A DNA stretch of 64,000 bases from Daphnia carinata (GCF_022539665.2 NC_081333.1:11904001-11968000), one strand, 5' to 3'; positions 13,269-25,900 are shown, numbered from the stretch's first letter. Notes: generated from the letters alone by a model not told the origin. Numbers and translations: made by a program.

Positions 13269-13922
13269 ATGCAGGTGAGCTCCCACTTTCCTATCTATTG
13301 GTCAACTTTCAAAACTTCCTAAATTTTTGTAAGACCAGGTGCCATTTCTAACAATCCGCTAAATATATTTCAGATTTTCGTCTTTGCCGTCTTGATCGCC
13401 GTTGTGGCCGGTAACGTGGCCTACCCCAAGCCTGCATACCCTGCCCCTGCCTATCCTGCCCCGGCTTACCCTGCACCGGCCTACCAGAAGAGCTATGATT
13501 ACGTAGGTTTTATGCGTACCATCGAGTTGCACTGATCGCTTGTTAATTAAGTTTTAAATTTTTTTAAACTTACGAATGCCTAGGCCCCGATGCCATACAG
13601 CTTCGCCTGGAACGTGAAGGACGATCCTTCCTACAACGACTACGCTCACCAGGAGACCGCTGATGACAAGGGTTACGTCACTGGATCTTACCGCGTCCTT
13701 CTCCCCGATGGCCGCACTCAGATCGTCACCTACAAGGCCGATGACTACACCGGCTACGTCGCTGATGTCAAGTACGAGGGTGAAGCCAAGTACCCCGAGT
13801 ACAAACCCGCCTACAAGGCCGACTACAAGCCCGCTTACCCCGCACCAGCCTACCCTGCTTACCCCGCTCCGGCCTACCCCGCCCCAGCCTACAAGCCCGC
13901 CCCGGCTTACCCCAAATATTAG
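13269..13922 (+). CDS. Cuticle protein (R&R domain, YPAPA repeats), paralog 5, ~157 aa, divergent from paralog 4
   Basis: Exons 13269-13274 (ATG CAG), 13374-13502 and 13584-13922; GT-AG phase-0 introns; signal peptide MQIFVFAVLIAVVAGN; intact R&R motif; AATAAA at 13963. Confidence 0.93.
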
Positions 13923-14380
13923 GTCAATAAGAAGTGCTATGTAATATTTATGGCGCATGTTAAATAAAACCAAATTTTTTTACAAAATTTGTTCTATTTT
14001 TTCGTTTGTGATTGTTCCTACTTTTCCAAACTTTTCGTCAATTCAAATTTATTATGGCGTCGTAAAGTTTTCGTAAGTCGATAAGTGATCTCTCTTGTTG
14101 GATTGTTAAGCAGGGGGGGATTATGTCAAACAAATTGGCGAAGCCTCGTTGATTTCGTCAAAAGTAAACTGTTGTCCAAATGACCAATTGAAGCCATTTG
14201 TGGTGAAGACGATTGCTTAAGGTACGACAGTAACAGTAACCATAAACGCAACATTGTTAGCTAAAGCGGACATAGGAATTTTGTCGCTTCGTTAGAATAA
14301 ACCCAAAATGTTTTTCTTAAATTAAAAAAAAAAATATTAACCGATTGAAATTCCTAAAATTAGCCGTTAAAAGATGAATG

Positions 14381-15350
14381 AAAAACAGAAGGCCGGGCTT
14401 ATTTTGTCGGGCTTAAAATTTTGTCCTATTAAAAAATATCATTAAATCTAGATAACTATATATGATTCTGATTCAAAATTAACCAAGGAACACGAAAATT
14501 GAAGTGGTTTTTATGTAGGGTTTATAGTTTTTAAGCAATCTAAAATATAAAATTAGGGGCGAATCGAAACCATTACTAGGGCGCCAGTACGCTACAGCGC
14601 TAGCATGACACATCTTTGATTGATCAAAACTATAAACTCTACGTAAAAACAAATTTTATAATCGTGTTCCTTGTTAAATTTTGAATCAGAATCATATTTA
14701 GTTATCTAGATTTAATGATATGATTTTCTAATAGGACAAAATTTTAAGCCCGACAAAATAAGCCGACAAAGTAAGCCCAACTTTTAGTTTTTTACGGTAA
14801 ATTCAAAATCTATAAGCCCAATATAAAAATATACCCGATTTTCGTGATCAGCGATCAATTTTGAATCAAAATAATGTATTTTTAACCAAATCTAGAATTT
14901 GAAGAAAAATGAAAAAGTGAGAAGGGTATAGCCTTCTCACTTTTTCATTTTTGGCTAAATTTCAAATTTGGCTTAAAATACATGATTTCGATGCAGTATG
15001 TAATACTGATCACGGATATAAAGTTTATTTTTTAATTGGCCTTATAGTTTCTGAATTAAACAAAAAAAAAAAAAACAGAAGGCCGGGCGTAAAATTTTGT
15101 CCTATTAAAAAATAATATCATTAAATCTAGATAACTATATATGATTCTGATTCAAAATTAACCAAGGAACACGAAAATTGAAGTTGTTTTTATGTAGAGT
15201 TTATAGTTTTTGAGCCATTTTAAATATAAAATTAGGGGCGAATCGAAACCATTACTAGCGTGCCAGTATGCTACAGCGCTAGCGCGACACATCAAACTTC
15301 TTTGATTATTCAAAAACTATAAACTCTATGTAAAAACAAATTTCATAATC
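14381..15350. repeat. Compound foldback/MITE-like repeat: hairpin A - hairpin B - partial direct copy of A
   Basis: 14381-14663 is directly repeated at 15071-15350. Hairpin A arms ~14396-14530 and ~14626-14764 include a 36-bp perfect inverted match (14396-14431/14729-14764). Hairpin B is centred at 14928 with a 21-bp perfect stem (14905-14925/14932-14952). No coding capacity. Confidence 0.85.
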
Positions 15351-15987
15351 AAAAAACATTTTTTGGGAAAAGTCGGGCTTACTTTGAAGCTCGGTTTTTA
15401 GGGAATCAAATTTTTTTTTGATGTAGTTCAATCAAACGAAATTATTAAATTTACAACATACCTACATTTACACATTAACCTAAAAATATGGGGAAATGTG
15501 AAAGGGAATTCCACTTTTTCATTCACTGCGTGAATCCCTATCTTGTATCGCATCTATTTTTCTCTGTTGAATACCTTTCTTGCGTAAATCACCTTACAGG
15601 ACACGCGATTGCTCAAATTGAGGCTATGACATCTGACGTACGTTGATTCAGTTCATTGTATTTACACGTTTAAGGCCAATAAAACGATTTCGAGAAGCAA
15701 TTGGAGAGTAATAAAATGAGCTGGAGAAGACGCTTGTTTGGTTAAGACATCAACATTATTTGTTTGGATCCGTTTCAGGCTTGAGGCAACAATTATTAAT
15801 GGCACGGCAGTTGCAATGGAGCAATATCAGAACAAAAGGCAAACAGATTCACATTCAGAAAACCCATTTACACAAAAAACTTATTTACAGGAACGGACAA
15901 AAATCATATTGAGAAACGTTTCAAGCAAGACGAAACACCATCCCTTGGTCATATTAGATTCAAACTCATGTGCTGGCCATCTGAGCA

Positions 15988-18138
15988 TTAAACGGATGGT
16001 AACATTTCTTTGTCGTTGTACTTTTCGATGTACATGTACATATCAGATTCATCGTTGATGCGAGTCAATGATTTCTTGACGCGCAGAGCTGTCAAGCGAG
16101 CAGCAGGATTTTGATGCCAACACTCTTGCATTACTTGAGCCAAAGTTTTTAGAGGCTAAAAGGAAAAACAAAATAAAATTTGCAAATTATAACAGTACCG
16201 TAACTGGTTTGTTTCTCTGAATTACCTCCTCAGTGAGCCAATGCGGTTGAATATCCGGTCGTACTTTCTTGACACACACCACGTTATACATGTCGTCAAA
16301 CGACGGGTCAGAAGGAACACAGTCGTAGTACGGTTGTTGATAGTCGTCAGGCCCGTAGGTAACCAATTTTTCTTGGCTCTCGTCCGTAATAATTTCGCTG
16401 AATGTAGTAGCAGCCGTGTTACAACGCCGGGCGATTTCCCACAAAACAAGACCGAACGAATATATATCTGCTGCCTTGAAGGCTTCGAAGGCAGATTTGT
16501 TAAGGCTTTCGTCCAACACCTCGGGTGCCATGTAGCGACGGGTTCCAACACGCGTATTGGGAGCAATATCAATTTCTTGGGACTCACTGGCAACAAGATT
16601 AGTAATGAGTTTCCTTTTTTAGTTGTTTAATCAAAACCACTTTCATACCTAATGTATCTGACAGCCAAGCCAAAATCTGCTATTGCGCAAGTCCAGTCTC
16701 TTTTTACCAAAATATTTTTACTCTTGATATCTCGGTGAGCAATGGCCGGCTTCCCTCTTGTACCAAAGATTTCCGTGTGCAGATGAGCCAAACCACTAGC
16801 AGCGGTAAACGCTAACCTTCCAGCCGCTACTCCGTCGGGAGCATACTGCTGCAGGAAATCATGCAGAGACCCAAGTTCATGATAGTCAGTGATGAGAAGC
16901 ATCTGTGTCCATGAACCGGTTCCTTTGATATCGGCAGCAATAAATCCTGGAATTGATTCAATCATTAGTTTACGAATTTTTCAAAGAAAGAGTTTGCTAA
17001 GACTGTACCGAGGATGTGTGAATGCCTCATGAGCACAGTTTGGTAAATGTCAGTTTCCCTGAACCAAGAAGCTTCTTCCGTAGTAAAAAACACCTTAACG
17101 GCAACCTTTTCTTCTCTCCACTTGGCCATCCAAACTTCACCATAACGGCCTTTACCAATCGAGTGCCCCATAACAAGTTGCTTTGCGATTGTTCGTTGAA
17201 CCTTAAAAAACATAAAAAAAATAAATTTTTTAACAACATACATTTGATGTTATCCAGGAATCTCCTCTTACCAGTAAAGGTAAACCAGAACCTGATCCAG
17301 AACTTTGGCTATGATCCACCATGTCTTTGATTGTTGAATTGCCTCCAAGGTAGGGTGCGCAAGGAGCTTTAATGATAGAAACTTGACGCTTATCTTCTTT
17401 CCTTTTGTAACTGTACAGAAAATTGCCATTTCAACGATCAAGAAAAACCGGCAATGTTTTTTAAATAGTGAAATACTTACTGAAGATAAACACAAACCAC
17501 CATAACAAAGAGGATGATAACACTAGCAGTCACAGAAACTAGTAAGGCTAGGTAATGAACATTTTGATCAGATCCAAATCCAGAATTGGGATCTGGTGTT
17601 GTACTGCGTATCTCATACATTGGAGATAGCAATCTGTTGCAGAGATCTGACTGGTGGCAACATTGTATAGACTTGGGTACTAAATGTGGAACAAGGTGTC
17701 CTTTGCACTTATGGGAAATCAAGTGGCTGTTAGCTGGCGTAACTTTTTCTGTAAACAAACTGTAAATACCTGCATGAGACCCTTTTCTTCTGGAGGCAAA
17801 CATCCATAGGTAAATTCAGGTTCAGGCAAACCTGTGTCAGGATTATACACTTCTTCCACTGCAGCAAAGCACTGGCTGAAAGGTCTAGCCTCACATGTGC
17901 CATTGAAATTGTCATTGGGACAGTGCCCTTGACAATAGCATGTAAGTCCATTGCCTGCAAAGAAGGGGAAGATACGTGAACTTTTTCGCCATTTTAGGAT
18001 GCAAACAAACAACAAAGTCTTGTTGCACAGGTTTGTAGAAAATTACGAAAGTTGCCTACCGTATCTGATACACGAGGTGAACACTAAAATCCACAAACAA
18101 CTTCGATATCGCGTGTGTATTTTTAATTTGTCAGCCAT
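15988..18138 (-). CDS. tkv: BMP type I receptor serine/threonine kinase, Thickveins/BMPR1 (ALK3/6)-like, 549 aa
   Basis: Eight exons with consistent phases: 18138-18060, 17954-17770, 17707-17481, 17410-17272, 17201-17009, 16946-16649, 16586-16226, 16155-15988 (1650 nt). Cys-rich ectodomain [10 protein letters not shown]...[11 protein letters not shown] helix; GS box [34 protein letters not shown]45 loop [10 protein letters not shown] (BMPR1/Tkv type); [31 protein letters not shown]. Confidence 0.95.
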
Positions 18139-21100
18139 TTTGCAGCACACTCTACCACAGGCCAGCAAAAGAAATCTATCGGCTATGGCGGCGGCAGCAT
18201 CTTTCTTAAAGAAAAGAAAAAAAAAGCTTCTTTTTAAAGGCGGAGTGAGACATCTAGCGAGCAGTAAACTAGCTATTTAAATTTATTTTCAAAAGCCTTG
18301 TTGTGTTGTTTTCTTAGCTTTGTTATTTAAGAAAATAAGCACGGTTATTTTATAATATACTGTACGATCGTTTTGATAACAAAATAACATACAACGTAGT
18401 GAATTTTCTTTCGTAAGTTTAAAAGAAATGGCTGAATGGCACACTGCACTTGATTTTACAAGCTACCCTTGATTTGCTAATTCATAGCATTTGAACCGTT
18501 GTTGATGTTCATAATATGCAAGATTATCGTTTGGGTTGAATGCTTGTGATAAATGAGGCCTGTAATCAAATAAACCTCCTGTTTAATAGTTATGTTTGCG
18601 TTTCATCCAATCTAGTTGATAGAAAGCGATAAAAGACAATATCGATCCGTGTCAAGTGAAAACAAATATTTTTCTTCTGAAACATCAGAAACGGTAGAAT
18701 GGTTTCTCCAGGTTATCAATTGTGAGATAAAATACATCGCAATTGCTTTTGAACAAATTCTAAGAGTTCTAGTAGTTTTGCATAAAGTGCACTGACCAAT
18801 GCCTGTATATCACCCTTTAAAAGGTAATTGAGCAAAAGCTAAGTTACTAGCATGTCGCTCGAGAGATAAGCAACTTGTGACACTTTTACTCAGCGAGCAG
18901 TATCTTAATAACCCCCTGTACGTACGTATAAGTCGCGTACATCGTTTACAAATGACTAAAGACGCATGTAACCGAAAAGCAAGTCCTTCACAATCAGCAT
19001 ACCATAGTAGCTTAGGAAAGCTTACGGACGACACTTGAGCACGGATGCTGCGAGTCATACGCTCTTTTTCCACATTCGCACTCGGCTTACACTCCAAAAT
19101 CTGACAGGTTCGCAACCTTACTCTTTTAGGTATAGTTGCTGTCCTGTTACAGTGATGGTTGCCGTGTTCTTCATACGCCAATAGTCTAGTCGTTCATTCT
19201 TACGAAAACAGATCATGATTTCCATAAATGTTTATCTCCTTTGTGATTAACTGTTTTTCGAAATTTCCCTTCAATATTAGAGTTTTTCTTAGTTGTGTGT
19301 TTCGGACTTTTTTATGAAGAAAAACTTCTATGGCTTATTGCGGTAGAATTTAATGTGAGCCTCTTTTCAGAGTAGGAAATTCAATGATTTAAGCCTGCAT
19401 CAATTCCGATGAAACGGACTCTTGATCCTACCAATCCGGTTAGTTCCACTTTGGAGCTTTAAGTCATACGCAATTTTTCAGTGACCAAAGTCTTTCTCAA
19501 AGGCATTGGAAAAATAATAACTTGAAAAGATGCTTTATAGCTCTTAAAGTTGAACGAAATACACGTTGTCGTAGGAGTTGCTGGTTATGCTAGGTCTCAA
19601 AAGGGGCGATTAGGCTCGTATTAAGCGAGAGCTTCTCATAGAAATACCCAATATTAGAATAAACCAAGGAAATGGACCGGCAAATCAACTGGGACATTCA
19701 TTGCTATTCAACTGAAGAGTCGACGAACCGTGACTCGTTAAGCACGAGACGCAGTGTCAAACGGTGATGCAATTTTCAGTCACGCAGGGCCGGACAGTTG
19801 AAGTTCATGACCAGACCTTTTGATGCTCTCTTTAAATAGACTTCACATGGCTTCAATGTGAATGAATCTTGCAGCTCGTTGATCAAGAGCAAGCTCGTAA
19901 CCTTGAAATTATGCCACTTAGCTATAATGTGACAGTCATCGCAGCTGGAGATTGGATGGCACTTTATGGAAAATCTTATTTAAGGTTGCTGTTGTTGTTC
20001 GAGCCAGAAAGCAAGATAACGACTGTAGTTGTTTGACCGACTGATTAGTCTGCAATCGTACATTTCATTAGTTTCCATTGCGTGTAGAATCGGAATAACC
20101 TGCAGAGTATAAAAGACCGTTGGCCAAATGGGTTTCGGTCTTGCGCACCACATCACGGAGGACAGAGAGCTCAAGTTATCTGCCTCGGACCATTCCTTGC
20201 TAAGAAAAAAGAGGAACATCAAGCTATCAAGTTGCATTCTTCTAGTATCAAAAGACGCATAGAGAATAGCGCATCTCACAGAACGTTCATTTTTCATTTT
20301 CGATGGCCGGCTGATTCCTAATTTTACGACGACCTTGTCGGTATCAGCAAAGTACATGTCCAAGCCCTTGAATACAAGCAAACGTAAACGTAAAATAGCA
20401 TTGCTAATTGATTCAAGCTTTTCCGTTGTACTAGAAAGTTACCAACGCTCGTACCACCTTGGTATTCAACAATCAATAGCACGCGTATGGGACTTTTTTA
20501 TTGATTGCCGGCGTTCTCTGCGTCTAAATGAACTTGAATAATTCATCCGACCAAAGTTTCGACGAGAAACGTTTATGCCCAAACTTTCTCTTTTGTCGAC
20601 TATTTTTTAAACAAGCTCCAAAATCAGCAAGTAAATTGTCAATTCGGAAACTTCTTTTTTTCCCCTCCTTTTTCGCTAGTAGGGAAACGAATGAAACAGA
20701 CAATTCCTTCAGTCGTGTATGAAACGAATGCGACCCGCCCTGCATTCCCCTCGTTGCGTCTACTTTTCCTACTTTGGGTTTACACATCCGACAGCCGGAA
20801 GGATGGATAGATAGAATTAAGACCGTCGTCTTTCCTTTCTGGTTCGCATCTGTGTTGCTTCGAGTTACTCGCTCGTCCAGTCTCACAGACGGATTATTTG
20901 GCTGGGCTTGGATATAGTCACAGCCTGCAATGCAGCAGTTGAAAAGCGCTTGATCTTCAATACAGATCGATGGGTACCAACGATAAACAACAATTTCATC
21001 CTACGCAAATTTCATTGCCCTGCCTATTATGCTAAGTCGATAGGCTAATACCGTGAAATTTACAACGCAGTTCATAGTTTGTTCCCTTTTTGGATTGGAA

Positions 21101-22952
21101 GCCGAAGGTGTTGAAATATTTCGATTTCGCTAAACATTAGCGTTAGGAAAACTTGTTTCAAAATCCATCAGTATCATACAAATCGTTGTTATTCCTAAAA
21201 CAGAGGTACATTGCCGTTTGTAGCATTATATTGACGTGTCCACGTGTGTCCCGACGTCATCGATCTACACATTTTCGTATTTCTATTCGATTTATCATAG
21301 TTGCTCGCCAAAATAAGGAGTCTACCCTATTACGTTGCCCAGGTTGCAACATCGATCGTTAGTAACGACGTCCTAAATTTCCTTTTGGATTGACAAACGT
21401 CTAGCTACATGAAGCAGTTACTTGCGGCATTTATAGTAAGACGTTTTGTTGGTCACCCACATCTATTGTAAACATTGCTGTTCCATTAAAAATATCATCC
21501 CCATCTAGACATAAATCCTCTTTCTCACTCGCATGAAGACATTTGGGACGCGCGTACGAAGTGGACGACACGTTTGGGTTGTTCCTCAGGAAGATCATTA
21601 GTGTGCTGTTTGACGCCGACATGTAATGTTATTATAGCCGTCTGACTCGTCTGTTCTAACTGTATTATGTCGCTACAATGGCCGTGAGATGGAACGGAAG
21701 ACTGACGTACACGCCCACAGTCCAGTGGCAAAGTCTTTCCTTTGGTAGAATCACGCCAGAGATTTAAGACGAGTTAAAAAGAGCATTTGATCATTATGGG
21801 ATTAAAATAATCTAGAGCAGGTATTAAAAAAAACGAATTAGGACTGAGACGATATCAGACATATGTATTTTTTTTTAATGAACAAAAAACTCGAATTAAA
21901 AACAAAAACAAAAAGAAGTGCCGAACACACCAATGTGTTTTTGCTTACTTTTGGCTCTCCTCCTCCCATCGGTCACAAAGACGGAGAAGGAAAACTGGTA
22001 CTCATGTGGGAGGTTTCATTATCATCTATCTAAAGAGCTACATCAGGAAATATGATATCATCGTCCAAGATTAACGTATATACTGTATATATAATATCAT
22101 CTTCCGTCTTTTCGTTTTCTTGTTTTCTTGATGCCACTGTTGCGGTTGCTGAATCCTTTATAAACGCCGTCACTTTAAATCCGTATCTGCGAATATAAAC
22201 ACAATCTTTCTTCGTCTCTGAATAATTTTTTCGCTGGTTTTGATGCACACACATACTCGATAGAAATCAAAATCAAGGGGGGACTCACGTTTGATCCATT
22301 CTTACAAATCTTTGACATGTTTGATTGTGTTATTTGGGGAAGAGGGCGAGCAATAAGGGTCGGGTGAAATTTGGATTAGGTTACTCATTATAACTGCATG
22401 ACGTTCATCAATAATCGCACATACCACAATAATGCAACTGTACAACAATATAGGGTCAAGGCGTACGCCTTACTGTCTCATTCGTGTCGGTAAATTTTTT
22501 TTATTTAGAAATATATATATATAGCGAATCGAGGAAGGAAAATGTGTGTTACATGATAAGTCTTGATTGTAATTGGTATCGAAAGAAAAAGCTTTGGTGT
22601 CCGTTAAAATGTCTAAAGTTGTTGAGGTGGGAAAATCAAAGTTGGTATTACGTTTTTGTCCCCCTCTAAATTAAAATAAAGAATGCAATTCGCTTCGCGG
22701 AATAGCTTCGTTTACAAATCCATGGCTTGTTCTTTATACCTTTGGCGAAACCACAAATAATACGATAGAATATATAGGTGGTAGGGGAAAGTGTACTAGG
22801 GCACATTTGGGGACAGCATTTTGTACAATAGAAAAAAACGAGACAAAACGAAAGATAGTGAAACAATCCGCCAGCGATGAGGCAAATTCAAGACCCGAAA
22901 TTACAAATGGAAAAATTTCGCAAAAGATAAACAACTTGAATGCGGAATCAAA

Positions 22953-25900
22953 CTACCGCAACTGTCGGTTCCACGATAAGTATCGATGCAGTAAGAGTAA
23001 AAGAGTTGCAAGGAGCACGTAGTGGTGGAAACGGGCGCCGGGCTGCGTGCGTGATATGCCTCCGTGACCGTGTTGCATTGCAGCCGGATGTTCACCTATG
23101 AAAGGCAGAAACAAAATGGGAACGAAAGAACAAAAAAATTTATATGAAAAACAGAAAATGGAAAGCCAATCGGAAAGTAGACGTCTAAGACGACACGTTG
23201 GATTTAATCAAAACTAGCACCCGCGTGACAATAGCACGATATCGTGTAAGCCTCAAACTCCTATATAAAAGAATCAATAACTTTTCCATCTATAATCCCA
23301 GCCGGGGGTAAAAAGGGAACAGGCGATATATGCGTTTCTTCTTGATATGCTTGAAAACTGTCACGATTTTTTTTTCCTCCCTTTTTTTTTTTTTTTTTTT
23401 ATTTCTCGTTTTGTTTAAAGCTTTACTTTCTGTTTTCTTCTACCGTTATTGTGAAGCCTGTATATGCGCCTCCATCAACTCCTCCTTCCCTATACGGGAG
23501 GCTCGTTCAATCTAAACTTTACAAAGGAAGATAGACAGAGGCCTTGGTTGACTTGTACGAGCCGTATAGCGTCAGCAGTGCGTTCGGCCGTGAATCACGA
23601 CTAGCGGTCTTTCCGTTAAACTCTTGGAGGGTGTGTCGAGTCTATCAGAGTCGACCCACACACGCCGAATTGAAACACGGTGCTCATATTCGAATACAAA
23701 CCTTAAAGCAGGGCTTGGATCGAACACGTTGAATACAGAAAGGGTGAACGTGTTTGGACAAGCCGATCGACTGCTTATCCAACGAAACATATCCCCCAAT
23801 GATTGTCAACTTGCGTGACGTCCTCCCTTTGTCACATTTCCATAATCAATGAAATAATTTTGTTTTGGTCGTACCATTAAGGACGTGAACGACAATGCTG
23901 GCCGGCTCGGCTCCGGCTGGAATGCAGGTATAATTGCCAGAATCAGCGGCCACAGCGTTACGTATTAGAAGTAGATTTTCTAGTCCGTGCTGACTCGTTT
24001 CGATCGTCACTTTTCGGCCCGATAGCGACGTCATAATGGACGATTTCCCGAAGAAACTCGTCTGCTTGTTGGCGTTCATCTGGTGTGGTTGCTGTTGCTG
24101 AAGGTGGCTATTTTGCTGGAACAGCTGATGGCCATCGTTGCCGCCAGTACTTAATATTTGTAGTCCTTTGTACCAGGTGAAGTGAGTCGGTGGTTCGGGC
24201 ATGTCTTTGGCCACGCACGACAAGCTGATGTCGCTGCCGCTTCGAATGTACATCTCCGGGCTGCCGTGGATGTAAGCTTGCGATACTGTCCAGTTAAACG
24301 ATACAGCAACAACAACAAAAAATCAATTGAATTTGCTACCTGACTAACATTTTATTTGGCATGACAGTTAATCGAATAATCAAACTGATTTTTTACAAAT
24401 TCAGGTTACTAAAATGCTCAAATGTGAATGCGGTCCGGATGTATTCAGACGATGGAGAGGAATTCAGTTGCATTCTATGCATAATCCGAGTAGCGTGTTC
24501 GTGCTCCACGGATTGCCAATTACGCGTGAGTTTGAAGACAAAAAGAAGATGGTAGAAACGGGATCTACCGTGATAACTAGCACGCTCTTCACGGTCTCTA
24601 ATACACATAGCCTAAGCAGCGTACACTTACACAATTTCTATCGCGCGTTATATACAGGGTCGCTGAGAGCGACGATGGTAAGTTCATCATTTCTTTAGTT
24701 CTTCATGCACGTCGCAACCAGGCGTTCGACGCTCTTCTGCCCAATGCTCACATTATGTCATTACGATTGCGTCGTAACAATAGAGACCGATCAAGACCCT
24801 TCCTATATGTTACTCCGCTTCCGCACGCACCCCCCCCCCCTTTTTTCTTTTTCTTCTTATATTTACATTATTCAGCTTTAACTATTAACGTGTGTGCGTG
24901 TGACCCGACAGCGTGGAAGACGTCACAGGCAAAGCGGGGGGGAAAGCGGCCATAACTATCCGCTGGATTGTATCGATTGAGACAAGAGAAGTACGCCCTC
25001 TGAGGTAGAACTGTGAGGGTAAGCTGCACATAAAAAAAGAACGATAGCTAATACAAATAAGTAAATACATTATAATGATCATGGTGTTTTTTTTTCTGTA
25101 ACATGCTAGAATTCTTTTTTCTAATAACCAAATAAGTTAAGGCGTTGCCTTTGCTCGCATTCGGAACCGCATACAAGAGAGTCTCACTAATGAGGTAAAT
25201 CTGTCACCTTGGATGAGGCAGACGACACGATTACCGTCATTAATTATCTCGTTTTATTCCACGAAAACATTGCTTTCTAGAAAACGTTTACTAAAAGAAA
25301 AATGTGTGTGCCATTCCTGGTCTTGCATAACAACAAACATGCAATTGTGTTTGCCTTATTCGTTCTCTATTGTGATGATGAAAAGAGCAACTGGACAAAA
25401 TGTTTGGGAATTTTTCGCTTCGTTTTCCTCTAGTTGGCTTGTTGGTATTTTTTGTTTTTTATTTTGACTGAATAATAACGGGAAAGCTCTCACTGCAACT
25501 GTTATTCATCCAAGTTTCTAGCATAGCTACGAGATCCAATTAGAATGATGCTCGCCCCGTTTCATAGCTAGAAAAGACAGGCATCTATGTCCGAGACTCT
25601 GGCGTGTTCATAATTCGCGTCAAAAGTTCAAAGTTGCTTAAATAGGACGTGAGCCGATAGCAATGCTACCAGCACATTCAAAACTACGAACTTATTGTGT
25701 ACAATAGAGAAAAGAGCCATTTCCAAATCCTTTTCCTCTTTTCTTCGTGGATATGGTGTGACGCTATCCAGTAGCAATAACAATAAAACACGAGATTTGA
25801 ATGATATAGAGGCTCTTCAATGCTGGCGGGGAAACCGAACGATCAACAACAATGGCCCCGTTCCATTTTTGTTATTGTTATTATTATTACGTAAAGCAGC

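Noticed and set aside
4070..13973. Antisense and alternate-frame ORFs over the cuticle genes (e.g. 4070-4501 WVSWA repeats, 10539-11084, 13554-13973)
   Set aside because: Shadow ORFs produced by stop-poor 15-nt coding repeats and codon bias.
15988..18138. Alternative identity of the receptor as saxophone (ALK1/2) or baboon (ALK4/5/7)
   Set aside because: The L45 loop [10 protein letters not shown] and [16 protein letters not shown] match the Tkv/BMPR1 subgroup.
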